Assembly (NCBI GenBank): GCA_905178155.1
Contig: CAJINV010000003.1
Location: 4,933,863-4,997,862 of the forward strand
Origin: Amoebophrya sp. A120
Taxonomy: Eukaryota > Protista > Dinoflagellata
Direction of reading: 5' to 3'
Length of the DNA: 64,000 nucleotides
Under the pieces are notes generated by a model, which searched no databases, was not told the origin of the DNA, and saw only the letters and a program-made list of their open reading frames with translations. Below, one piece after another: positions 13,855 to 25,826 of the stretch; position 1 is the first letter of the stretch, and every line of letters begins with the position of its first letter. The position numbers and the translations under genes are program-made.

Positions 13855-16497
13855 TCAGGCTTCCGGGGTGACCGGCTCGGTGTCGCTGTTTTCTTCCTCC
13901 TCGTCCGGTACGACGCCCTGCAGCCTTGTCGCTGCGTCGGTTGCCAGCGACTGAATGCAGGACCGCAGAAGCAGCTCCTTGTGGTAGGAGAACCGCATCA
14001 CTTTTGCGGAGGCCTCCATGTAGTTTTCGTGCTCCCGTAACCGGCGACTCAACTTTGCCACCAAATTGTTCATCCGGCTGTCCATAAACACCATTCGATC
14101 GCTGTTATGATGATTTTTTTGCATGAAGATGAATAAAACTCGTGCGCTCATGGCGGTCATTTTCAACATCAACCAGTCTTGAATTAAGTTTAACGATCAT
14201 CAGATCTTCATCCTTTCTGCCTTCGCAATGTGGTCAACGAGGTTCATAAGTCGCCTATGAAAGAAACAGGAAAAAACAGGCAAAAAGCGTATTAGTAAAG
14301 TGATGTACAAGAGCTGCGGCAAGTCCTGGTCCCCCCATCCCTGTAGCTTTTCTGCTTTGGGCATCCGGGCCATGTACTTTTTCCAACGGAAAGACGAGTC
14401 GGGCTCTCGCTTCACCGCCAGCGAGTCTTGCTCGCCCCGAATGTATCGCCTTCTGCTCGCTCGTTGCTCCGCCACGGGGTCCCGTCGATTCTTCTCGTTA
14501 AAAGACTCCTGGTCGTACGCCTCAGCGAGGTTGCGCGCGACGATCGCCAACGGCACGGCAATGATCAGCACCCCCGCCAACGAGGCAAAAATCCCCGCGA
14601 TGCGACCCATCGGCGTGAAGGGATACTGATCACCATAACCGACACTTGTCAACGTTACCAGTCCCCACCACAGCGCTGTGGTGATACCTGCAAAGAGAAA
14701 TAACGGTCGTTATTGAACAAGAACCGTGCAAGCCGAGCTTGCGTTTGTCTTTGCGGTCTCTGCCGACGAGTAAGAAAAATAAGTAATTTCCTACGTACTT
14801 ATTAGCTTTCGGCACCTCTGGTTCTTCCAGAATGGGTAAGTGCAGACGGCAGAAGCAGCATTTTGCAGACTATCTAAGCTGAAGTTAGAAGAAAGTGACG
14901 AAGGTCAGGAATCAAAGCCATGTACTGGTAAATGTGTGCGGATGAAATCCATCATGTTGAAGGTCGCAGCACAAAAACTTGTTCTCGGTCTCGTATCCCG
15001 GGGAGACTCGGTCGTAGGTCTTGTCGTCAATTTTGCGGAAAATCGGTCGACTCTCGCACTCTGCATAGTAAGCATCCAGTTCTGCCGACGGGCCTCGCGC
15101 GAAGTCGATCTGCAGCGATAAAGTTTGGACACGGCTTGCACTTGCTTGTAGTCAGAAAGTTTACAGGAGTTCGTCCTTCTCGAACGTGATGCTCACCTTC
15201 AACGAAGAAGCAGACAAAAAGCAGGGAGTGCTTCACATCACTCAGAAAAAAGCATCGACACAAAGAATCAATACGTTGACTTGCGGACAGGAAAGCTGCT
15301 CGAAGAAGAAGCCACAGGCGGCGAAGAAAATGACTCCCATAAGGAGGAACATGAGCAGAACCAGGAGGATACTGCTAGACTTTGCGATGGCCGTGACCAT
15401 CAATCGAAGGCCGTTTGCGTACTTGGACACCTTGAAAAGCCGGCCGAGCCGAACCAGACGGACGATACGGAGCAGCTTGAGCATTTTGGTTTTTCCGCCC
15501 GCAAAGGCCATTTCCAGAAAAAACGGACTGATCGCGAGCGCGTCCGCGATGTTCCCGGGCTTCAAGAGAAAATCGAGCTTGGACAGACGGTTGTGGAAAC
15601 AGGACACAAAGCGGAGGAGGAACTCGACGATGAAGACCAGCGTGCAGATGAGTTCGAGTCCATACCAGAAGTTGCCCGCGTCGCGAAGCACAGGCTCCGT
15701 TTCGAGGATGAAGCCCAGGATGGACAGAATGATGAATACGTGCATCGTCATGTTGATCGTCTTCGCAAACCGGCTCTGGTCTTTCATCTCGAAGATGTTG
15801 TTCTGTTGTTGTGTATGTACACTTGATTTTCCCTATCCATGCAAATTTTCCTGTTTTGCATGAGTATCTTCACGTGTGGCTTATGCAAGTACAGTAGTGC
15901 CTGTTCTTCACGACGCCCCTACCAGCAGCTACACATCTCTCCTAAACAGAATCATGTGCCTAATAGATTTAGAAAGTAAGTTGAGTGCTATAGCACTTCT
16001 TACCAGAAGCCATGTGTACTTGTAGTAAGCGGACGCTTGCTGCATGGCCCGTTCATACTCTTGTCGCCACTTGAGCCAGACAAGCCACACCTTCTGGATC
16101 GCCATGGCGGCCTGGGAAGAGCAGCAGGAGATTGATTCTTTTATTGATGTTCAGGGCATCAGCATCACCAGCATCTGGAAAACAAACAGATGCAAGGGTA
16201 CTTACTTCTTATCACCAGTACACAAACACAACTCTTTCGAAGAAGACATGCGCAACTAACTTTAGGGAAGTAGATTTTCTCCTCGCGTGAAGCTCTTAAT
16301 ACCTCCTCCTCTTTTATCCGCCTTGCACTTTTTGCACCGGGCTTGCCATCTATCTTGCCTTCCTGTTTGGGTTTCTCTCCCTCTTCGGCGTCATCGGCAC
16401 CATACAGGTCACGCAAGTCTTGCTCGGTCTTCGGTTCAGCGTCGATATCGAGCTCGTCCTGGCGATTCGACCGCCCGACAGCACCGGCACCCAACAT
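13855..16497 (-). CDS. Voltage-gated potassium channel (Kv/Shaker-like, 6TM), multi-exon
   Basis: S4 segment KMLKLLRIVRLVRLGRLFKVSKY, pore WWGLVTLTSVGYGDQYPFTPMGR and S6 AGVLIIAVPLAIV. Canonical TTTGCAG acceptor near 14690. Confidence 0.92.
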
Positions 16498-17640
16498 TGT
16501 GCCGCCACTCCCTCAAGCTTATTTCCACCAACACTCGAGTTGACGTCAATTACGAGAGTCAAGTGCGATGAATCTAAAAGATTGCAGCTTCCTGAAGATT
16601 TGGTCCTCGAGCACTACCGCTACAGGGGTTCTGCTGCCCGTAGAAGCAGGTGTTGAAACACTACTAACTTACAGTGTTGCGAAATGACCGAATAAAGAGT
16701 GCTGTTGTACCTTTTGCTAAACCATTTCAAGAGTTCGAGATGGATAAATCGATGTGTCAACAAGACATTCGGAATTTATGCATCATGTCGAACGAAATTA
16801 ATGTCATAGTGCCCACGCTCATGAATTCCTATCACCCGCTCGCACGTTTCCCTGTTTGCGTCGTAGGCGAGTCAGGTAATGCGCTTCTCTCGAAAATTGC
16901 CACGAAAAATGCTGACTGTCCCTCTCCGCCGAAACACGAAAAAAATGCGAAATCGATATGGCTTTTTCTGTACGAATACGACGCCGGCAAGAACACGTGG
17001 CCATGCTGATTAGATTCCCAGACGAGTGTTCATCAAGTTTAGTGATGTGAAAGGGTCAAGTCAAGGCATTTAAAAATGTTTGTCCAGTGCGTACATTAAA
17101 CAGAAACTGCGATGAGCAAAATTTGTTCATGGTCCCGCCCACTCGGATTAAGTACTGATGTGCGTTTTCCGGGTGAAAAAATCAGTACAACTTCCTAAAC
17201 ATGTTGAATCTGCACACGACGACTCGACATCTCTCAAAGAAATACGGTAAGATCGCCAGTAGGCGCGCATGGCGGTCTCGTATTCCAAGAGCAAACCCCG
17301 TGTCGAGTTCGCCCTTTTGACATTTTGTGTCCGGCTTTAGTACAGCTGGTGACATCATACATAGGCCAATACTAGTCTACAACTACACAGATTTATTTTC
17401 ACATATCCGATAAACAAACAAAACGAAAACAAGGCGATGGGTATCCACCTTAACAGCAGCTACACACTAGCTAAACCTAAATCGTGACAGGGTCATAGTC
17501 GTCGTCGCGTCAATTATCACCATAGCGTGCGCTCCTTGATGTCGTGCATTCAGGCCTACATAGACATAAGCTAAATCCTTCTGCTGTGCCAGGATACTCG
17601 AATTGAATCTCCTTTCTAGCAGCATCTCCCAATCGCAATC

Positions 17641-19745
17641 CTACAACCACAGCGAGACGAAATACATGACCCAGAGCACCTTGAACTGCACGCCGTAAAG
17701 ATCATGCGCATCGATCTTTGCAAGGTAGGCCAAGTAGAATCGGTACAGCGCGTAGAAGAGAAAGTTCCACAGGGGAGGCGTCGTCGCAACCGCATGTGCT
17801 CGCTCCGGCGTGTATCTCGGCCCGGCGAACGCCAACGAAAGAGATGAAGAAGGTGCTGGGCCAGTCGTTGCCGCAGCGGACGACAAACCGCTTTTACCCG
17901 GAACAAGCTGTAATGAACAACAACTATCGACCAGTCGATACAGCCCTGGTTCTGCCGTGTCCCACCCGTAGAGCTCGGTCGTTCTCGAAAAAATTTCCCG
18001 CGCAAAAGTGACGGGCGAGAATAGAAACGTGGCGAAGTAGGCACCGGTGGGGACAGCTTCTGCATCGTCTCCTGTGTGAAGCTTTATTCTCGACACTGGA
18101 GGATAGTGGTCTAACGCGAATTCTTTCGCTGGCTGCACCACATTGACGTGGTACCACACCAGGTAGAGGTATCCTGAGTAAAAACGTACCCACACCAGAG
18201 TCAGGATGGGGATTTTGCAACACAAACCTAGGAGTTTTGTGAGTCACGCATGACAAGTTGCGCTCTGCAGTGTAGTGCAGGTTAGCAAGTGCAGCCGCAT
18301 CACAAATCCAGCTGCTCATCCTGTTCACAGCATCACAAATTCCAAAACACGATTGGAAATGGCTCTCATGGGGAGGCGCATTACAAGTCTTCCTGTCTTT
18401 GCAAATCTGCATCACAACTCTGGTGTGGGTACGTTTTTACTCAGGATAAGAGGGCGCAGGGAAGATGGTGTGCCAGCAAGTCGAAGAATCTGAAGGGATT
18501 TCCCCGGAGTCGGATGCGGTTGTCCACGAGCAAACACCTTGGGTGGATATCAAATGCAAATATCAATATGTCTGGGTCTGGAAGAATGCAAGTTTGTCAT
18601 GCTTGTCTGGCATGGCTCTATAAATCTGTGATGCAGGAGCAGGAAAAGGGCCTTTTGCCTGTCATGCAAAAACGCAGTTTGTCATGCGAAAAACGAAACA
18701 CACAGCAGCGCAAAAACTTGTCATGCTGGGCTCCATATTGCACTGCGCCCAATAATCGGAAATTTGCATCACAAGTTTCCAGACCCAGACATATTTGCAA
18801 TGCATAGTGGACCCACACAAACAAAAACGCAATCAGCGCCACGTGAATGATGGTCGCCCGGATCGCCCGTGCGTAGTCGTCTAGAAAGGACCCCGGCAAG
18901 AAAACGTGGACCGCAAGCGCCAGCAGTGTCCAAGACGTGAAATACCGGCAGTTGACACTCAAGGCGAAATGATAGAAAAGGAGCGAGTAGGAACACAATT
19001 GCTCCTCTTCTCCTGCTGGAAAGGCACTTGATGTACTGCTGACACCACTACACGAGGCCGCTTTGTTGTTTGCACCAGCAGGCATGCAGTTCTTCAACGC
19101 CGCCGCCGACAGGACAATACTCGTCCGCTTCCTTGGCGTTGTAAGCCCACTGGGAGTGCTGTCGAGAACGACGCACCCATCGACGAAAGGCGACAGGGTA
19201 CCACTTCTACTCTCCGCCTTGCAAGAACCCTTGCCGTGATGTTCCTTCCCGGGACTGCTTTGCTCGGAATCCGTTTCCGTGCTTGGCGTTCGCGACACTG
19301 ATATGGATGTGTCAGAGTTGAAATCGACAAAGTTGAAATAATTTGTCATGCATAAAATGGACGCCAGTTGGAACCCAGTTAGTAAGTGGCGCATGACAAA
19401 TTTCGGTGGTCCCTAAATCCAGTTTGTCATGCTGTTTAGGCAAAGAAGAGTGATTTTCTCATGCTACTTTAGCAGCTCGAGCTGTAGCCCCCAACAGGCT
19501 TACAATCGGCCTCACTTGCCTGCTCTGCAACGCACGTGCCTCTGGTCATGCATTTTATGCATTACAAATTATTTCAACTTTGACGATTTCAAACCTGACG
19601 CTTCCATAACTGAAATAGACGGCGTATCGTCGCTGTCGCCTGTCCAGTTCGGCACCAATTGGGATTTTCGCCGGGTAAGGGACACATGCCGGCGAAGCGC
19701 TGCGAGATCAAGAAAGACCTCGGCGCCAACTTCCTCCGTAGTCAT
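17641..19745 (-). CDS. Multi-pass membrane protein interrupted by three TIR elements; weak FAR-17a/AIG1-like motifs
   Basis: Removing elements 19302-19608, 18548-18806 and 18170-18448, each with one TSD copy, gives one ORF: MTTEEVGAEV...DDTPSIS|VSRTPS...FLFVWVH|PRCLLVDN...HHLPCAL|YLVWYHV...VSLWL*. It contains YFTSW and HHLP motifs. Confidence 0.8.
18170..18448. mobile_element. Introner/MITE-like element, TIR family B (279 bp)
   Basis: Perfect 32-bp TIR TATCCTGAGTAAAAACGTACCCACACCAGAGT. Perfect TSD AGAGG at 18165-18169 and 18449-18453. Six GCA(T/A)NACA motifs inside. Removal restores the frame. Confidence 0.95.
18548..18806. mobile_element. Introner/MITE-like element, TIR family A (259 bp)
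   Basis: Left end TATCAAATGCAAATAT(CAATAT)GTCTGGGTCTGGAA; right end TTCCAGACCCAGACATATTTGCAATGCATA. Perfect TSD GTGGA at 18543-18547 and 18807-18811. Removal restores the frame. Confidence 0.95.
19302..19608. mobile_element. Introner/MITE-like element, TIR family C (307 bp)
   Basis: About 58-bp imperfect TIR TATGGATGTGTCAGAGTTGAAATCGACAAAGTTGAAATAATTTGTCATGCATAAAATG. Perfect TSD ACTGA at 19297-19301 and 19609-19613. Removal restores the frame. Confidence 0.93.
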
Positions 19746-20325
19746 TTTTGAGATAGATCTTCGAGCGCGGATAATGCTGAATTCAGGCGAAGTAAGTAAT
19801 TTAAAGAATCATACAACTGCACAAAAAACTCCCTACCGGACTGTGATCGCATTGTATAGTGTACTTGTTTTCATGGGCTACGAGTACGGGTAATCTCACG
19901 CCTCCGGGGCGGGGACCTGCTGTTGCAGCGATGTAGTGTGCACCAAACTTTTTTTCAAAACGACACGACTACTTGGCATCGCTGTTATATCGACCCGAGA
20001 GAGTAGCTCGCTGATAGGCTTCCATGTAATTAGTAGACTCGATAGAAATTGTGAATTTTAATTGTTCTCACAAGCCTCGCTCACAGTCACTCTCTCCCAT
20101 AGCAACTTGGGGCCAAAAAAAAAAACCGATTCGACTGAATTTTCAAAGTACTTACTTCTGTATCTCTATCTGCAAAAGGACAGAGAACGGCATTTGCCGA
20201 CACGCCCGCAACGTAACATGCAACGCTTGCGCAAGAATAATACTGGTGAGTTTTCTGTTGGCTCATCATTTTTTCTGCATCAAAGCTTTGTAGACATCGT
20301 TACACTGTTCTTAACTTTTAGTTCA

Positions 20326-21562
20326 TCAAATTTCGTCCTCCTCTTCGAGGAAAGCAAACGGGTCCAAAGCTGGAAAGTCTCCGACCACGACGTTTTCACA
20401 GCGCGAAAAGCAACCGTATTTTTCGCCGCGACAGTCGAAATAGCGTTCCCCGTCTTTTGTGCCATCATTCATGCCTTGGGGCTCATCTAGCTCCACACCA
20501 ATCCAGGTCCCGGGCGCACCTTTCACTGGGCCGACAAACCTTATTGGTAGTTATGGTTTTTGACACTGAAAAATAAATGCACATAATTGTTGAGAGCTCG
20601 ACACTGTGAAAATACATCAGAATGACTGAAACGTCGTAAATGCAGCAACCATGTAAAACTAGCTACTTACTTGATTGTTCCTCGCCTCCCTCCGGGGTTG
20701 CACTCGCACCGCTTGCCGACGCCGTAGGCAACGTGCACGTCCTCGGGCGTTTTTGGGCGCTCCGCCGCCGGCTCCCCCTCGCCTCCCTCTCCGGGTTTCT
20801 TGGCAAACATGCGGAAGTTCGGGTTTTTCTCCCGTTCCGCTTTTACGTGCGCGCGTAGGGTCTTCTCTCTCTTGTCGTAGTCATCGTCCGTCATTTTGTA
20901 TTTCTCCACCAAGTTTACGTTTTCCAATCCTCCGCCCGCGGCCAGCGAGTACGGATCCGTGTCTTTGATGAATAATTCCATGTCGTTCCCAGCCCCGTAG
21001 GTGCGCAGCGTCTTGTAGTCATCATAGAGAAAAATGGTGTCCGAGTTCCCCGACCTGAAAGTAGAAGAACAAAAAGCCGAGATGGCCAGAAGAAAGGATA
21101 TGCTGCTCATCTTCACGTTCATCGACACCTTCCTAAAGCTATGGTGTATATGTCCATCGAGAGACAGACGCCTCACGGCAAAACATCGACCTAGTAGAGC
21201 AACCCATCGTTTGTAGACATGACGTCCCGCACGCGCCCGCGCGCCCCTTTCACGCATGAGCCCGCGTTGTAAATGCTACATTACAGCAATTCCCTACTAG
21301 TGGACCTGTACCTTCTCAGATAGAGCTCCATGTGTGCAACGGATCCTGCGCCGTGCTTGTGGAGCTTCTCCTTCACACCAAAAATGGTGGAGTCGAGGTC
21401 AAAGCGAAGATCGTGCCAACGTTGCTCCAAGTGATTGTGTCGGATGTCCATGCGGATAAAGCCCTCCGCTTGATTTTGGTGCCGGTTTTCGTCATTGGCA
21501 GTCACCCAGCTGCGCATTGCATCGCGCATTTCGCCCGCAAACACCGTCCCTTTCTCCGGCAT
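20326..21562 (-). CDS. TBCB: Tubulin-folding cofactor B (ubiquitin-like + CAP-Gly), 3 exons
   Basis: Ubiquitin-like region with TIFGVKEKL...MELYLRR, linker VEKYKMTDDDYDKR, CAP-Gly GTWIGVELDEPQGMNDGTKDGERYFDC and C-terminal DEI. Two GT-AG introns (GTACAG...TTTCAG and GTAAGT...AATAAG). Confidence 0.93.
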
Positions 21563-22334
21563 CTTGTGCAACCAGAGCGACTCTCCGTCAGTACTTCTAA
21601 AAAAAAGCACTTATAAACGAGCACTCTACTTGAGCTAAAGCTTGAATGCGATTCACTGTTCAGCAAGCTAAATTTCAGAGGTTGAATTGCATATACACTT
21701 TTTTCATTGACTGCTGTCTCTTGATGTAGTAGGCGAATAAATATTTTTAAACCATTACAGTTACAGTTTCGCGCGTGCGCCTCCTTCTCGTGCACCAGAC
21801 AAGCTTCCTCTATTGTTATTCGACTTCACACAGCAACAAGTCAACCACGCCACTCGCTGCACACGTGGTGCTACATTTTGCACAACGTCAATCTCAATTT
21901 TTTCGATCACCTACATTTTCTCTGTAACTGGACGTCCATTGATTGTCGAGAAGCGGCACCAAACGCAACTACATGGAACACATTTTTTTACGACCAGACA
22001 TATATTCGAAACGTCAATTGTCCACAAAGTTCACCCGATATTCTTATCGTTTTCGGTTGGAATGGCGAATGAAAGGACCGGACTCAATAAACGTCGATGG
22101 TTTTTACTTCCGTGCTGTAGTACTTTTTTCTATGCACAGTATGTGGGTCGTCTTAACGTCAATATGCTCATGAATGAATATTACATCTTCATCCTCTGTC
22201 GAAACATGTGTATGTGATTGTGCGTTTTAGTTCTTTTCGTGCCCATTCTACACGTACAAAGTAGCTAAGTAAGTGCGTATCTATCATGAAGAAAAAAAGG
22301 TGGGATCGTGTCGCATACGGGTCTCGTCTTGCTC

Positions 22335-23384
22335 CTATTTCCTATTTTTCTCTAACTTTTCCCGCGTACGCCGTTCGTTCCCTTCGACGAGCATTAAGGG
22401 TGTATCATCGCCTTCTTCCTTACAGATCGCCCGCATCTTGGCACACACCTGCAGAAGCTCTTTCCACTGCTTCGCTTTGCGCAGCTTTGGCAACTCGTCG
22501 TCTAGCCAGTCGTACTGCCTTCGCCGGGCGTCACTTTCCGCCAGCTCCGCGGGGCCCAAACTGCAAACTGGGCACTTGCAGACGAAACCGTAGTCGCGCT
22601 GGAACACCTGCTGCCGGAAGCCGTGGTCGTGCCAGAACCCGATGTAGGAAAATGTGAGCTCTTCTCCTTTCTCCACGTTCCTGGCAGCAAAAACCGTGAC
22701 CTTTCCAGCCTGAACACGTCGAGTGCAATTCGGACTGCAGGAGTGGTTCAGCCTCGCAGTCAGCAAAAACAGCATGTCGCTGGACACACTTCCTCTAGTG
22801 CTTCCGCCAGCCACGTCCGCCATGCGTGTGGTCTCCTCGGGCTGAAAAGCGTTTGTGGCGAAAGTTTGGACGAGCTGGTGGGGGGATAATTCTGCAAAAC
22901 GACTGTTGTTGCTCTTGTTCGCCAGCGACCGCACTCTGCTCTTATCGCTCTCGGCTAAGGCGGAGAACTGGCCCCAGAGCATGGAGATCTCCTCTGGATG
23001 GAAAGAGTGGCTTGTGGCAAATTGTACCGGTCTGCAGTGGGAGAGCACCGGCGTTTCGACCCACAGCAGCTCTCCCTTCTGCACCGCCTCCAAGGCAATA
23101 ACGCCCTTCCCGCGTCCATCTACTTCCATCACGCGGAAGGCATTTGCGCGCTCACTTGTAACACGAGTGGTTTGCAGCTCCCCGTCCGCGGTGTCTTCGA
23201 ACTGCAGGTTCGTCGCCTTCACGCTTAAACAGGCCTCGTCGCTCGCGAGGCGGATTTGGAAACGATTTTTGTCGGGAAGGTACTTCAAAACTTTGGCTCG
23301 TGCCCCATTCAACTCTGGTCGGCTCTGAAGTCCCGCGATTTTGGCCTGGAGACCGGCCTGCGACGCCGCGCACAGTTGTGTCAT
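22335..23384 (-). CDS. SET-domain lysine methyltransferase (SMYD/Set5-like)
   Basis: Motifs GRGKGVIA, ARLNHSCSPNC and KGEELTFSY, and post-SET YGFVCKCPVC. Single ORF. Confidence 0.92.
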   Translation of the reverse strand: MTQLCAASQAGLQAKIAGLQSRPELNGARAKVLKYLPDKNRFQIRLASDEACLSVKATNLQFEDTADGELQTTRVTSERANAFRVMEVDGRGKGVIALEAVQKGELLWVETPVLSHCRPVQFATSHSFHPEEISMLWGQFSALAESDKSRVRSLANKSNNSRFAELSPHQLVQTFATNAFQPEETTRMADVAGGSTRGSVSSDMLFLLTARLNHSCSPNCTRRVQAGKVTVFAARNVEKGEELTFSYIGFWHDHGFRQQVFQRDYGFVCKCPVCSLGPAELAESDARRRQYDWLDDELPKLRKAKQWKELLQVCAKMRAICKEEGDDTPLMLVEGNERRTREKLEKNRK

Positions 23385-23626
23385 GCTCAAAGGTCGTGGG
23401 ATTGTCTAGATCGATGACATAGAGTTCCGATTCAAGGCTGCTCGAGGAGCAGTCTACAATGAAATTATTTGGATTTGCGTTCTTCAAAATAAAGCACATA
23501 AGCCCAGACCGGCAGTTGGTGGAGATATTACCGCTAAAACCTCAGATGCCCCTGTGTCACTGAAAAAAAAAAACCCAAATCGTGGGAGAATGTCTTAGAT
23601 TCACTCTGGGCGCTCATTGCGTGACC

Positions 23627-23670
23627 CGAAGGAACACGGACCCGAGCTCGAAGGAACACGGTCCCGAACT
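23627..23670. repeat. 22-bp tandem duplication (2 copies) in intergenic DNA
   Basis: CGAAGGAACACGGACCCGAGCT followed by CGAAGGAACACGGTCCCGAACT. Confidence 0.8.
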
Positions 23671-23880
23671 CGATTTTTTTTGTAAACATATTGCGTTTGG
23701 CGCTTCGTGATTTTTTCTGCGCGCCCAGAAGTGGGTCGGGGATCTGCATGTGCCTCGGCGTAAATTGTTATTTTTCGTAGTTCTTGTAATTTTTGCAGTG
23801 GATTGAGTTGCGTCAACATGATTTCTCACCGTTTTTCTCTGTGCCAGTTCTTGCACACAGGATCCACGAGCACGATACTG

Positions 23881-24939
23881 CTACGTCGACATTCTGATCT
23901 GCTGCGGCGCAACCTCCGCTGGCACATCCCTTGACCGGAAGAGGCGCCGTCTCGCTAGAAGCAGGGAAGCGGTGCTGCCTACAAGGCAACAGCAAATTTC
24001 GTTGGCGCTACGTTGTAGGAAAAACTGCTCCAAAGGCGTGGGTGCGGGTAATAGGAGCGCGCCCCTTCCAAAAGCCTCGGAACCGCACGCACATCGCAGC
24101 ACTCGCAGACCTGCGTCAGCCGCCATCTGTATTGCCTCAGGCCCTGCGGAGGCCAACGCTTGTGCAACATACTGCGCCCCGTCGGTCGTGACAAATACGA
24201 ACAGGTCGCGCACAGCGGCGGTACCCTGCGCAAGGGCGTTGAAACCGTCGGCGATGAGGCGCGAAGACCCGTCCACTAGCAGGTACTTTGCGAACGCTTT
24301 TCCGTAGGAACAGCTCCAGCAGACCCAGTATGCCGCCTCCACGGAAAGGCCTTCGCGCTGCAAGAATTCGTGCCAGCGTGTGCGGTGTCTTTGGACCACG
24401 GGGTTCGAAAAAAAATTCTCGGTCGTTACGTCGAGCCGGCCGCACAGCCCGATGCCCTGGCGCAAGGCACACCTCGCGGCTTCGTCTGTAATGGCACAGC
24501 AGGTTCCCGCGGGGAGGTGACAACGACTCGGCAGGACGCCACAGCAGCTGTCCGCCAGTCCGCAGCAGGGGCAGCAACAAGCACAAGTGACTGCGCTGGG
24601 TGTGGTCAGGACGGGACAACAACTATGCACGCAGCCGGGACAGCCCACGTGCTGTGCGAAGCAACAACAGACATGAGCAGCGGCGAGCCATGCACACACG
24701 GACGCAGCCTCACAGACCGGTAAACTGGATGAGTCTCCTTCTTCTGCCACCGTGCCGTAAGTACAAGGGCACGTCTCCTCTTGGTCTTGCAACATCCTGC
24801 TTCGGCTTAGAAGCGTCGCTGGCGCACTGCTACTGGCCGCCCTGGCTGTTTCACACAATGCTGCAGCAAGGAAAACACCTACTTGCAATCGCCAGCGCCA
24901 CATTTTAGCCGGGCACAGATTCGCTCTAGTACTACTCAT
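23881..24939 (-). CDS. Cysteine-rich protein with predicted signal peptide
   Basis: 352-aa ORF with a hydrophobic N-terminus (LQVGVFLAAALCETARA) and dense CC/CCC clusters. Confidence 0.7.
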   Translation of the reverse strand: MSSTRANLCPAKMWRWRLQVGVFLAAALCETARAASSSAPATLLSRSRMLQDQEETCPCTYGTVAEEGDSSSLPVCEAASVCAWLAAAHVCCCFAQHVGCPGCVHSCCPVLTTPSAVTCACCCPCCGLADSCCGVLPSRCHLPAGTCCAITDEAARCALRQGIGLCGRLDVTTENFFSNPVVQRHRTRWHEFLQREGLSVEAAYWVCWSCSYGKAFAKYLLVDGSSRLIADGFNALAQGTAAVRDLFVFVTTDGAQYVAQALASAGPEAIQMAADAGLRVLRCACGSEAFGRGALLLPAPTPLEQFFLQRSANEICCCLVGSTASLLLARRRLFRSRDVPAEVAPQQIRMST

Positions 24940-25826
24940 AGTTCCTTTCAGGACGGTTCGAAGTTAGTAGCCGCCTCGGGCAATAGCGGTAGGAAAATAA
25001 AGTGAGTTGTAGGACACCTAGTTATTCTTTTACTGTGCCGGTGCACATCTACGAAAAACAGAAGTCGTAGAAGCGACAGATTGTGATCGTGCAGAGTGCT
25101 CGTGTAGTCAGCGTGCGTACACAAAAACGCGTATGGGACCATCAAAAAAACACACACGTATAATGGCCATCTACAGTGACAGTTCATCAGCACTATGGGA
25201 TCACGATTTCTCAGGATCGCGTGCTTCGCAAGGAAGTCGGATCTTGTGTGTCGGTACTGTGTTTGTTTCGCCGGACCTGCGCCCCGCTCCTTCGCGTAAG
25301 TACTCACAAGTTGAACCAGGGATCTCGGCTGCAAAAATCATCGTCGCTCGCTTGATACCTGAACCCGGAAAAGTGAGATGCAGATCGCTACGGTTGAAAC
25401 CTGAACCCAGCAAAGGTGCAGATCGACTTCATCCAACGCCTCCAGCATGATGTTCCACCGATCTTCTACACACAGACAGCAGCTAAAGTGATCGCCAAAC
25501 TGATCCGTTGCAGTCTTCATCCAAATCAAGGCTAGAACTCGCTTTGCAGCTCGTGCTGGTATCGTTCTGTGTCTGCGTGTAGAGGTTATCATTATTTAAG
25601 GTGAGTTTACACGGAGACATACCGTTTAAAGTCGACGCGGCTATTTTTACAAGTGCTGAACTGAATATTCTAAATTCTGTATTCTCGGTTCTGTTTACTG
25701 CTGTGAGGATTGCGCACTAGGTATATTACGAAAGATTTTCCTTTTTTCAATTCTCCGCTAGGCAAGGAAAGCGGCTGCGGAAAAAACGCGCCAGACCCCT
25801 GCATCGATGCCGTGCCGGTGGAAGCG

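Noticed and set aside
18170-18806. Regularly spaced GCATCACA/TGTCATGC repeats with unique spacers as a CRISPR array
   Set aside because: The repeats are only 8 bp, lie inside TIR/TSD-bounded elements in a eukaryotic gene, and no cas genes are present.
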